Below, one piece after another: positions 56,026-64,000 of a stretch of DNA of 64,000 nt. Position numbers and translations under genes: made by a program. The stretch is from assembly GCA_964447605.1 (NCBI GenBank), contig CAYUTA010000009.1:1314-65313 (forward strand). Reading direction: 5' to 3'. This DNA is from an uncultured Oscillospiraceae bacterium. GTDB taxonomy: Bacteria > Bacillota > Clostridia > Christensenellales > CAG-138. The notes under the pieces were generated by a model. That model was given only the letters and a program-made list of their open reading frames with translations, did no database searches and was not told the origin of the DNA. The stretch's first letter is position 1; each line of letters starts with the position of its first letter.

Positions 56026-56990
56026 TTGCCCTCCTTCGTCTGGGGTTGCGCAGTTGCGCTTTTTTTCAGCCTTTCGGACCTCTCCTGCCCGTAGACCCTC
56101 ATCCTTGTTGCCCGGTCGATCAGCGGCGTGGCAATGTTCATCAGCAGCACGCCGTAGGTCGTTCCCTCCGGATAGCTTCCAAATGCGCGGATCAGCGCGA
56201 TGATCAGCCCCCCGCCCGCAGCGTAGATCAGCTTGCCGGGAACAGACATGGGACTTGTGGTATAGTCGGTCGCCATGAACACCGCGCCAAAGAGCACGCT
56301 GCCGGTCAACAGCCCCTCAAGGGGATCGCGGCCAAGCAGCAGCGTAAACAGCGCGAACGATGCAAGCATGGTGATGGGAATGTGCCAGGTGATGGTTTTG
56401 CGCACAAGCAGATAGACCAGGCCGATGAGGATGCCGAGCTTGCAGACCTCGCCGATGGACCCCGGCATGCGGCCGACAAACAGATCGAGCATGGAGAGGT
56501 CCGGCGCGCCGGATTCGGCCAGCGGCGTGGCGCTCGAAACCGCGTCAAAGGGCGTAACATAGGCCTTGGCCGCCATAAGCGCGGGCCATGAGGCAAGCAG
56601 CACGGCGCGCGCCGTCATGGCTGGATTGACAAAATTATCCCCGATGCCACCGAACAGCTGCTTGACCAGCAGGATGGCTACGGCCGCGCCCAGAACAATC
56701 ATCCACCACGGCGCGGTGGGCGGCAGGCAGAGCGCCAGAATCAGTCCTGTGACCACGGCTGAAAGATCGTTGATGCGGATGGGTTTATGCGCAAGCTTCT
56801 GCCAGAGATATTCGCACAGCACGCACGCCGCAACGCTGATGAGAATCACCCGCGCCGCGTCCCAGCCAAACAGCCAGACGCCCGCAAGCGCGCACGGCAT
56901 GAGCGCGGTAATCACGTCGAGCATCAGGAGCGCGGTGCTGTCCTTGGCCCGGACATGCGGCGCGGAGGAAACAAAAAACAGCTTGTCCAT
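56022..56990 (-). CDS. rnfD: Rnf complex subunit D
   Basis: 322 aa. SSAPHVRAKDST..., FMP site region DAVSSATPLAE, C-terminal NIATPLIDR. The stop overlaps the rnfE start (ATGA). Confidence 0.92.
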   Translation of the reverse strand: MDKLFFVSSAPHVRAKDSTALLMLDVITALMPCALAGVWLFGWDAARVILISVAACVLCEYLWQKLAHKPIRINDLSAVVTGLILALCLPPTAPWWMIVLGAAVAILLVKQLFGGIGDNFVNPAMTARAVLLASWPALMAAKAYVTPFDAVSSATPLAESGAPDLSMLDLFVGRMPGSIGEVCKLGILIGLVYLLVRKTITWHIPITMLASFALFTLLLGRDPLEGLLTGSVLFGAVFMATDYTTSPMSVPGKLIYAAGGGLIIALIRAFGSYPEGTTYGVLLMNIATPLIDRATRMRVYGQERSERLKKSATAQPQTKEGK

Positions 56991-56993
56991 GTG

Positions 56994-58340
56994 TTACTTC
57001 CTCCCCCTTGCGGCCAACTCTTCTCTGGCGGCTTTAAAGCTGGCGGTCAGATGCCTTCTGGCCGGGCAGATATAGGAGCACGAGCCGCACAGCACACAGT
57101 CGAGCAGCCCGTCCTCCCTGGCACGGTTCAGATCGCCGCGGTCGATATCGGAACGGATCAGATACGGATACAGCGCGATGGGGCACGTTGTCACGCAGCG
57201 CCCACAGCGGATGCAGGCCGTTTCTTCGATAATGGCGGACTGCTTTTGATCAAGGACGAGTATCCCGTTGTTGGCCTTGGTAACCACCGCGGAAAGGTTC
57301 GGCGCGCAGGGTGCCGTCATCGGTCCGCCGGCAAGCACCTTTGCAGCATGCTCGCCCAGGCCACCGCAATCGGCAATCACATCCTCATAGACGGCCCCGA
57401 CGGGCAGCCGCAGGTTGGCCGGTTCGCCGACGCAGCCGGTGACCGTCGTAATACGGCTGACCAGCGGCTTGCCGAGCGTCACCGCGTCGCAGATGGCCGC
57501 GGCGGTGCTGACGTTGAATACCAGCGCGTGCGCGTCGACCGGCAGCTTGCCGCGCGGGACCTGTCTGCCGGTAACCACCTCGATCAGCTGTTTTTCACTG
57601 CCCTGCGGGTATTTGGTCTTCAGCGCGACGATCTCCACGCCCTCGCGCCCTTTTGCGGCGTTTTTCATGGCGGCGACGGCGGCGGGCTTATTGTCCTCAA
57701 TCGCAATTACGCCGCGCGCCACGCCCGTTGCACGCAAAATGAGACGCAGCCCGTCCACAATGCGCTGCGGCTCCTCGAGCATCAGGCGGTAGTCGGCCGT
57801 CAGGTACGGCTCGCACTCCACGCCGTTGAGAATCACCGTATCGGCATACTTGCCCTCGGGAATTGCAAGCTTGATATGCGTTGGAAACGCCGCGCCGCCC
57901 ATTCCGCAGATACCCGCAGCCTTCACGGCGGCAACGATTTCTTCTGCGGGCGCATGCTCCGCGCCGCCAAGCGGCTTAAGCTCCACCCATTCGTCAAGCA
58001 TATCGCTCTCAATGCCGATGCAGAGCTCCGGCGCAGCGCGCAGAAGCTGCCGTCTGTCAACAAACGTAACCGTACCCGACACGCTGGCGTGCACCGGCAG
58101 ACCCAGGCCGCCGACCGGTTCAGCAATGATTTGACCGGTTTTTACGTGATCGCCGACCTTGACGCACGGCGCGCTTGGCGCGCCAAGATGCATGCCGACC
58201 GGCAGGACGACGCGGCCGGGTGAAAAGACGCGCACGGCGCAATTCGCGCTCATCGGCTTGCCTTCACCGGCTTCATGCAGCGGATACACACCGCCGCAGA
58301 ACGATTTTCTCAATATCGATACACCCCTTCCGATATGCAA
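56994..58340 (-). CDS. rnfC: Rnf complex subunit C
   Basis: 448 aa. FCGGVYPLHE..., NADH/FMN-fold region GICGMGGAAFPTH, two 4Fe-4S motifs (CIRCGRCVTTCP, CVLCGSCSYICP). An alternative TTG start at 58313 sits behind GGAAGGGGTG. Confidence 0.9.
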   Translation of the reverse strand: MHIGRGVSILRKSFCGGVYPLHEAGEGKPMSANCAVRVFSPGRVVLPVGMHLGAPSAPCVKVGDHVKTGQIIAEPVGGLGLPVHASVSGTVTFVDRRQLLRAAPELCIGIESDMLDEWVELKPLGGAEHAPAEEIVAAVKAAGICGMGGAAFPTHIKLAIPEGKYADTVILNGVECEPYLTADYRLMLEEPQRIVDGLRLILRATGVARGVIAIEDNKPAAVAAMKNAAKGREGVEIVALKTKYPQGSEKQLIEVVTGRQVPRGKLPVDAHALVFNVSTAAAICDAVTLGKPLVSRITTVTGCVGEPANLRLPVGAVYEDVIADCGGLGEHAAKVLAGGPMTAPCAPNLSAVVTKANNGILVLDQKQSAIIEETACIRCGRCVTTCPIALYPYLIRSDIDRGDLNRAREDGLLDCVLCGSCSYICPARRHLTASFKAAREELAARGRK

Positions 58341-58638
58341 TCAAGCGGAACAAACCGAAAAAAGTATACGCCATATACTCTATATACTCTTTGCAGTGTG
58401 CCAAAATAGCGTTACGGCGGGATTGCCACCGACAATCCGCAACGCAGACATACAGGAAAAAACTGACGAACGGCGCAATCCCCCGGGCCTGTGGGTCCGG
58501 AAGAAAAGGGTTCCGTGCATGGGCAAAGACGCAGGCACGTCCGCCCACACCTTTGGCAGTTCTCCACCCGGAAGGCGCATGGCCGCGAGAGGCGAAGTGC
58601 CGTAAATCCATCAAATACAGCGTTTTTCGGCAGCCTCA

Positions 58639-58663
58639 AAAGAGTATACACTGTATACTCTTT
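58639..58663. promoter_or_regulatory. Perfect 12+12 palindrome overlapping the predicted rnf transcription start (operator or 5' hairpin)
   Basis: AAAGAGTATACA-c-TGTATACTCTTT. Related half-sites TATACTCT(TT) recur three times at 58360-58392, next to the rnfC start. Confidence 0.5.
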
Positions 58664-58671
58664 ATTTCCCA

Positions 58672-58707
58672 ATTATATATTATACTATGAGCGGTTCGCT
58701 TTGTACA
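58672..58707 (-). promoter_or_regulatory. Putative sigma-A promoter of the rnf operon
   Basis: Minus strand: TGTACA (58707-58702), 17 nt, TATAAT (58684-58679). A second overlapping TATAAT is at 58677-58672. Confidence 0.5.
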
Positions 58708-58762
58708 GCATAAGTTCGATCCAAATAATACCCGTGTGCATGTTGATTTTTGTTAAGGCAGG

Positions 58763-59635
58763 TTACTGCCCAAGGTAATTCACAATACCCTGCACGATGC
58801 CGTCGGCCATATTGTTTTGGAACGCTTCGTTATTCAGAGTACGATCCTCAGTTTGGTTGCTGATATAGCCGGTAATCAGCGTGCAGACCGGGGCGGATAC
58901 GTTTTTCAGGAAGATATCGTCACCATGCTGCCGGATCGACGCGCCGTTGTACTGCGCAATCGACAGGCTCGTTGCGTCAATGTACGCATTCAGCACCGCC
59001 GTGCCAAGGGAGCGGCATGCGTCAAGCTGCGCATGCGTTTCAGGAATCCAGACGATTGCGCCGCGTGTATCGGCCGTGTCGACATAGTTGCATTCAATCC
59101 GGACGGCCAGCTCCACGTCGTTGACGTTCATTGTGTTGGCACGGTCCGAGCTGTCCTTGTCCTTTGCCACATCCTCAAGGCCCATGATGACCGAAGCGCC
59201 CCGTTCAACGAGCTTGTCCCGCACAAGCGTGGCGACGGCATAGTTCAGACGGTTTGCATAGATTCCCGTGGAAACGCCCCGCACCTTACTGGAGTAGCCG
59301 CGCGCCGGGTCGATACCGATGACGCGGCCGGACAACGAGCCGCCCGCCGGGGTCGGGGTTGCCGCGGCATCTCCCTCGCCGCCGGTAACCGCCGGGTCGG
59401 GCGTGATTTCCGGCACAACGGACGGATCGGGCGTGGGCGTAGCCGGCGCAACGGTCGGCGTGGGCGTAGGCGTGGCGTGGGCAAGCTGGTAGGAACGCAC
59501 AATGGGAGAAATCACGCCCGCCGCAAGCGCATACGTGACACCCGCGATGAAAATCAGAATCATGGCGCATAAAATACCAAATGCGAGCGGATTATTCACG
59601 CGGAATGTGCGTTTGCGTTTTACGAGCTTTTTCAT
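58763..59635 (-). CDS. N-acetylmuramoyl-L-alanine amidase (Amidase_3) with N-terminal TM anchor and Pro/Thr linker
   Basis: Trimmed to MKKLVKRKRTF... behind GGTGGAGG. TPTPTPTVAPATPTPDP linker. Catalytic domain VIGIDPARGYSS...LAVRIECNY...LITGYISNQTED. Confidence 0.85.
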   Translation of the reverse strand: MKKLVKRKRTFRVNNPLAFGILCAMILIFIAGVTYALAAGVISPIVRSYQLAHATPTPTPTVAPATPTPDPSVVPEITPDPAVTGGEGDAAATPTPAGGSLSGRVIGIDPARGYSSKVRGVSTGIYANRLNYAVATLVRDKLVERGASVIMGLEDVAKDKDSSDRANTMNVNDVELAVRIECNYVDTADTRGAIVWIPETHAQLDACRSLGTAVLNAYIDATSLSIAQYNGASIRQHGDDIFLKNVSAPVCTLITGYISNQTEDRTLNNEAFQNNMADGIVQGIVNYLGQ

Positions 59636-59782
59636 GCCGTCCTCCACCATTGTTTTGCTGCCATGCTGCTGGATACTATTGTAACACGGTAAAATTGCAA
59701 TTTGTATAACTTAATACAAGTTTTACAAATTTTCTACGAATTTGTCTGAAATTTAAACATGCGCATCGTGTATAATGGTTGC

Positions 59783-60625
59783 ATGCCTTATAATTATACA
59801 CATGCCATGATGGGGCTTAACGCCCTGAAAATTGGCGAAAAAGAGACGCAAGCGTACGTCCTCAGGCAGGAGGCTTCCTTCCTGCTGGGCACGATGGGGG
59901 CGGATCCCTATTTTGGCGACGCTTTTCCTCCTCCGGTGGGGAACCGGGCAAGAACGGACCTGGCCGACCTCCTGCATGCGCTCGACGGCCGCAGGTTGTT
60001 TGCGGCCATGCTGCCGCTTTGTGGCGACAACGACGCGCTGTTTTGTTACACGCTCGGTTTTCTTTGCCATTTCCTGCTGGACAACCGTACGCATCCATAT
60101 ATCTCGTCGCGTTTCCCCGGCAAATTGCACACGCCCGCAGAGATTGCCATTGAGCCGCTGATGGTCGAACGCGGCGGCGATCCGCGCTTTCTCACGCCGC
60201 CCACGGATTTTTACACCGCAAACGGCACAGCCGCCGTCGACGCGCTGCACGCAAGGTTATTCTGGAGGCTGTTTGCGCTGCGTACGGAAGGACTGTACTG
60301 CCGTGCGCTCAGGAAATGGCTGCGCGTGAACGATCTGCAATTCGACCCACACGGTAAAAAGCGTGCGCTGCTCCGTCCGCTGCCGGGCGCAACATGCTAT
60401 CTGCTTACTTTCGGCATGCCGGATGAGCGCGACCTGCTCAATCTCCGGCATACGCCCTGGGGCGCGGACAGACACGCCGAATCGTTCCCCGAGCTGTTTG
60501 ACGCCGCGAGCCGGGAGGCGGCGGCACAGATTGCGCTTGCCGTCAAGCTGCGCGATACCGGCGAATATACGCCGCTGCTCCAGACGCTGGAAGGGAGAAC
60601 CGCAGATGCTGCCGAGCGAATTTGA
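59783..60625 (+). CDS. Zinc-dependent phospholipase C-like family protein (tentative)
   Basis: Start set at MPYNYTHAMMG. His-rich helical fold (LGFLCHFLLDNRTHPYI). TATAAT 59771-59776 lies 6 nt upstream of the ATG and there is no SD. Confidence 0.5.
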   Translation: MPYNYTHAMMGLNALKIGEKETQAYVLRQEASFLLGTMGADPYFGDAFPPPVGNRARTDLADLLHALDGRRLFAAMLPLCGDNDALFCYTLGFLCHFLLDNRTHPYISSRFPGKLHTPAEIAIEPLMVERGGDPRFLTPPTDFYTANGTAAVDALHARLFWRLFALRTEGLYCRALRKWLRVNDLQFDPHGKKRALLRPLPGATCYLLTFGMPDERDLLNLRHTPWGADRHAESFPELFDAASREAAAQIALAVKLRDTGEYTPLLQTLEGRTADAAERI

Positions 60626-61136
60626 GGGCAGGCATGCCTGCTGCTTTACTGGGCACCGTCCACCCGGGCTTCCGGAGAACGGCTGCAGCGCGGCGCCCGA
60701 AATGGAACGGCTGCTCTATCTTTTGCGGCACGGCATCGAGTCGGCCGTTCGCATGGGCGTAACGACGTTTTTAACAGGCGGCGCGGAGGGGTTTGACACC
60801 ATCGCCGCGGAAAGCGTTCTGCTGCTCAGAAAGCAATACCATCCGCATCTGCGCCTGCTGCTCGCGCTGCCGAGCAAAACGCAGTCCGACGCCTATTCGC
60901 CCGGCATGCAGGCGCGATATGCAGGCATTTTGGAGGCCGCAAACAGCGTGTACTATGCAAGCGAGGCGGATAACGGCGCGCACGCGCTGTTATCACGCAA
61001 CCGGTACCTTGTCGACCACGCGGACTGTTGCATTGCGTATCTTAAAAACATGTCCGGCGGCACGCTGTACACGGTCCATTATGCGCTCAACAGGGGGCTT
61101 CCCGTATATAATCTTGCGCTATGCGACAAAAGCTGA
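60606..61136 (+). CDS. DUF1273 / YpsA-like SLOG-family protein
   Basis: Trimmed to MLPSEFEGRHACCFTGHRPPGLP.... TFLTGGAEGFDTIAAE...LVDHADCCIAY...GGTLYTV is the DUF1273 pattern. 20-nt overlap with the upstream gene. Confidence 0.8.
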   Translation: MLPSEFEGRHACCFTGHRPPGLPENGCSAAPEMERLLYLLRHGIESAVRMGVTTFLTGGAEGFDTIAAESVLLLRKQYHPHLRLLLALPSKTQSDAYSPGMQARYAGILEAANSVYYASEADNGAHALLSRNRYLVDHADCCIAYLKNMSGGTLYTVHYALNRGLPVYNLALCDKS

Positions 61137-61152
61137 TAGAATAGCCCCCGTT

Positions 61153-62535
61153 ATGAAGGGTAAACCAACCGTTTTTCAATCGAATCGAATGGGTATGCTG
61201 CCCGAAGGACGGCTGTTGTGGTCAATGGGCGTGCCGCTGAGCATCAGCATGCTCATTCAGGCGCTGTACAACATTGTTGACAGCATCTTCGTGTCCTTTC
61301 TTGGTGAAAACGCGCTGACCGCGGTCTCGCTGGCATATCCGATGTACATGCTCATGATCTCCGTGGCAGTCGGCACGGGCGTTGGCATCAACTCGCTGAT
61401 ATCGCGCAGGCTCGGCGCAAAGCTATATGACGACGCAAATTGCGCCGCGTCGCACGGGCTAATGCTGATGCTGGCCTCGGCCGGCGTATTCGTACTGTTC
61501 GGCCTGTTCGGCGTAAGGCCGTTTATGCATGCATATACCGATGTGCCGGAGCTGCGGGAGATGGGCGTTACCTATCTTTCCATTTGCTGTGTGTATTGCG
61601 TAGGCGTATTTATACAAATTTTTTGCGAACGCGTGATGCAGGCGCAGGGAAAGAATCTCTATTCCATGCTGATGCAGCTGCTCGGCGCGGTGTTCAACCT
61701 TATATTCGACCCGATTTTGATTTTCGGTTTATGCGGATTTCCCAAAATGGGCATCGCCGGCGCGGCGGTCGCCACCGTAGGCGGACATATCTTTGCCATG
61801 CTGTTTTCACTGCTGCTGATATTTGGCAAAAAGAGCGATATCCGCGTGCGAATCCGGGGGTTCAGGCCCAGCTGGAGGATCGTGCGTGAGATCTACGCCG
61901 TCGGCCTGCCCTCTGTGGTCATGCAGGCGATCGGCACGGTCATGAACCTTGCAATGAACGCGCTGCTCATAGGCCTCACCGCAACCTCCGTCGCGGTGTT
62001 TGGCGTTTACTTTAAGATACAGTCGGTTGCAATTATGCCGCTGCTGGGCGTAACCAACGCCGCCATGAGCATCATGGCCTACAGCTACGGCGCGCGCAGC
62101 AAGCAGCGGCTGATGCGCACCTGGAAACTGACGCTGCGGGCGGGCGTTTTGATGATGCTTGTTTGCACGGCGGCGTTCGAGTTGTTCCCAAGGGAGATTC
62201 TTATGATGTTCAACGCCTCCGACGAGATGCTCCGCATCGGAATCGCGGCCATGCGAATCATGCCGCTATGCCTGCCGATCGCCGCGTTCAACATCAGTAC
62301 GTCGGTCCTGTTTCAGGCGATTGGCATCGGCATGTACAGCATGTGGATGTCGCTCATTCGGCAACTGTTTGTGCTTGTCCCGGCCGCATGGGTTCTGGCC
62401 TGCCTGACGGGCGACGCGGCGGCCGTATGGTGGTCGTTTCCCATCGCGGAAGCCGTTGCGGTGGCCGTCTGCATCCTTCTGTTGACGCGCACCTACAACA
62501 GCCGGATCGTGCCGCTGGATATGGAGTTGGCATAG
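61153..62535 (+). CDS. MATE-family efflux transporter
   Basis: Trimmed to MKGKPTVFQ.... 12 TM segments. LLWSMGVPLSISMLIQALYNIVDSIFVSFLGENALTAVSLAYP is the typical MATE N-terminus. Confidence 0.9.
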   Translation: MKGKPTVFQSNRMGMLPEGRLLWSMGVPLSISMLIQALYNIVDSIFVSFLGENALTAVSLAYPMYMLMISVAVGTGVGINSLISRRLGAKLYDDANCAASHGLMLMLASAGVFVLFGLFGVRPFMHAYTDVPELREMGVTYLSICCVYCVGVFIQIFCERVMQAQGKNLYSMLMQLLGAVFNLIFDPILIFGLCGFPKMGIAGAAVATVGGHIFAMLFSLLLIFGKKSDIRVRIRGFRPSWRIVREIYAVGLPSVVMQAIGTVMNLAMNALLIGLTATSVAVFGVYFKIQSVAIMPLLGVTNAAMSIMAYSYGARSKQRLMRTWKLTLRAGVLMMLVCTAAFELFPREILMMFNASDEMLRIGIAAMRIMPLCLPIAAFNISTSVLFQAIGIGMYSMWMSLIRQLFVLVPAAWVLACLTGDAAAVWWSFPIAEAVAVAVCILLLTRTYNSRIVPLDMELA

Positions 62536-62804
62536 ACGGCGCATCCCCAAAACAGCGCGGCGCACCGTTTTGCATTCCGTTTGCTTGGGCAAACCGTTCA
62601 AGCGGCAAACGCGTTGCAGCGGTTTTGCAGGGGACCGTTCCGGACAGCGCTTCGCTTGATCCGGATGCGTTTCCAAAATGAACGCCGTGCAGACAGAGCG
62701 GGTTGTCAGTTTAAGGACCAGGCCGAAGGCATAGCAGCGCCGGAAATGCCGGAAAAGACCTCTGTCCAGCGCGTTTTTTGAAGCACGCCCAAAAGCGTGT
62801 TTCC

Positions 62805-64000
62805 TTATTTTCGCGTCAGCTCCAGGCCGAAACGGTCGTACAAAATGGCCGGATCGGCTTTCTTTTTATGCCACGGCGCATCCTCGCCCGTAAAGAGGAA
62901 ATCGCCCTGCCCGCCTTCCGGCGCAATGGTCACCGTTGCATCCGCTTCGATGAAGCTGCCCTCGGGGAAACGGAACAGCTCGCCGCCGCGTTCGCTTAAA
63001 AGCAACCATCCGGATACCTCCAGCCTGTCGCCGTGATTGACAAGGGTGAGCGTTTGACGATCGCGGTTCAGTTCCACAATTTCAACATCCGCCTCCGCCC
63101 GCGGCGGCGCGGCATTATAGCAAGCCATCGTGCCGGATTGCGCAATGGTCAGCAGCACGCCGAGCGCCGTATCCTGCGTGACATATATCTCCGCGCCGGG
63201 CAGCGCGGCAAATACGCGCGGATTTGCAGAGTCGTCATCCACGCTCGTGTCGGTTGGGACAACCGCTATGGATGCGGATACCGCCCGGCCAAAGTCGTCG
63301 CCGGTCGCATCCGGATTCCCGTGGTTGCCGACCTTGAGCACGTCGGCGGATACGTCCACCCCAGCCGAAAGCAGCGTCTCCTCTTCGGCAAACTGCATAT
63401 CGCCGGTAAACAGCAGCGTTCGGCCGTTGACAACGAGCCGCAGCACCAGCGAATTGTCGTTATCATCATCGTCATTGTATACACGCGGGCCAATTACCTC
63501 AAAAAATGCATTCTCAGAAAGCGGCACAGTATCGCCCGCGGCCAGGCGCGTCAATGGTACGCCGGCATCCGCCGCGGCCTCGGTAATGCGGTTGCCGCCG
63601 TTCTTTTTGTTTTGGGAATGACGCGCGGCATACGCGCGGTTAACGGTCATATACCGGCAAAGCATGGGAACGCCGCCGATGTGGTCCCGGTGCGTATGCG
63701 TCAAAAACAGCGTGTCCAGCGCGTCAACGCCCATAAATTGCAGCGCGCCGAGCAGGTGCGCCGCGGACTCCTCCGTACCGGTGTCGATCAGTACGCTGTG
63801 TCCGCCATACTGTACAAGGATGGCGTCGGCCTTGCGGACGTTGATAAACAGCACGCGCAGGGTTTCCGCCTCCGGCTGCGGCGCGGCGGTAAGCGCCGCA
63901 AGCGGCGGCGGGCCGCCGTTGTGCAGCGCATCCGCATCCATTTGTACGGGTGCGGCTTCCGGCACGGCGGCATGCGTCGGTTCCGGGGGCGTTTCCGCCG
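62805..64000 (-). CDS. MBL-fold hydrolase (ComEC C-terminal-domain-like) with C-terminal lamin-tail-like domain; 5' end outside the window
   Basis: LFLTHTHRDHIGG (HxHxDH), VLKVGNHG. C-terminal VEIVELNRDRQTLTLVNHGDRLEVSGWLLLSE...ILYDRFG resembles an LTD. The frame stays open (AETPPEPTHAA) up to position 64000, so the true start lies upstream. Confidence 0.7.
   Translation of the reverse strand, partial: AETPPEPTHAAVPEAAPVQMDADALHNGGPPPLAALTAAPQPEAETLRVLFINVRKADAILVQYGGHSVLIDTGTEESAAHLLGALQFMGVDALDTLFLTHTHRDHIGGVPMLCRYMTVNRAYAARHSQNKKNGGNRITEAAADAGVPLTRLAAGDTVPLSENAFFEVIGPRVYNDDDDNDNSLVLRLVVNGRTLLFTGDMQFAEEETLLSAGVDVSADVLKVGNHGNPDATGDDFGRAVSASIAVVPTDTSVDDDSANPRVFAALPGAEIYVTQDTALGVLLTIAQSGTMACYNAAPPRAEADVEIVELNRDRQTLTLVNHGDRLEVSGWLLLSERGGELFRFPEGSFIEADATVTIAPEGGQGDFLFTGEDAPWHKKKADPAILYDRFGLELTRK

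Overview
Visibly GC-rich, densely packed chromosomal segment. Gene content (ytfI/ytfJ, a cotF remnant, rnf, nadD-yqeK-rsfS, a T-box cysE-cysS operon) suggests a spore-forming Firmicute of the Clostridia; this is an inference. About 60 protein genes are present and most are housekeeping. They cover cell wall (murF fragment, ddl, class A PBP, S11 carboxypeptidase, LCP, amidase), translation (efp, cysS, rsfS, an EF-G paralogue), cofactors (nadD-yqeK fusion), energy (rnfC-D-E-A-B), an NfeD/flotillin operon, a split chromate transporter and a MATE pump. Two blocks look more accessory. One (23.2-26.6 kb) encodes a pterin-binding/corrinoid fusion methyltransferase with DUF2284, a His-rich protein, CooT and TetR. 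The other (26.7-32.2 kb) is a GlpA-type flavoprotein trio plus an alkyl-DHAP-synthase-like flavoenzyme, behind a promoter with a perfect palindrome. I saw no rRNA, tRNA, CRISPR, transposase, integrase or phage genes. The observations most worth a second look are listed here.
1. A 135-nt palindromic repeat sits directly upstream of two unrelated genes and carries extended -10 boxes.
2. An operon pairs a cytoplasmic ParB/Srx-BMP fusion protein with a metallophosphoesterase.
3. The rnf operon has no rnfG and has a long leader with repeated palindromic boxes.
4. Several genes have TATAAT-N6-7-ATG (leaderless-type) starts.
5. A pseudokinase and an EF-G paralogue both lack catalytic residues.
6. Two genes (cotF, vanZ) carry frameshift or stop lesions.
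All domain calls rest on motifs I recognise in the translations. Start codons were refined by eye from ribosome-binding sites. No database search was run.
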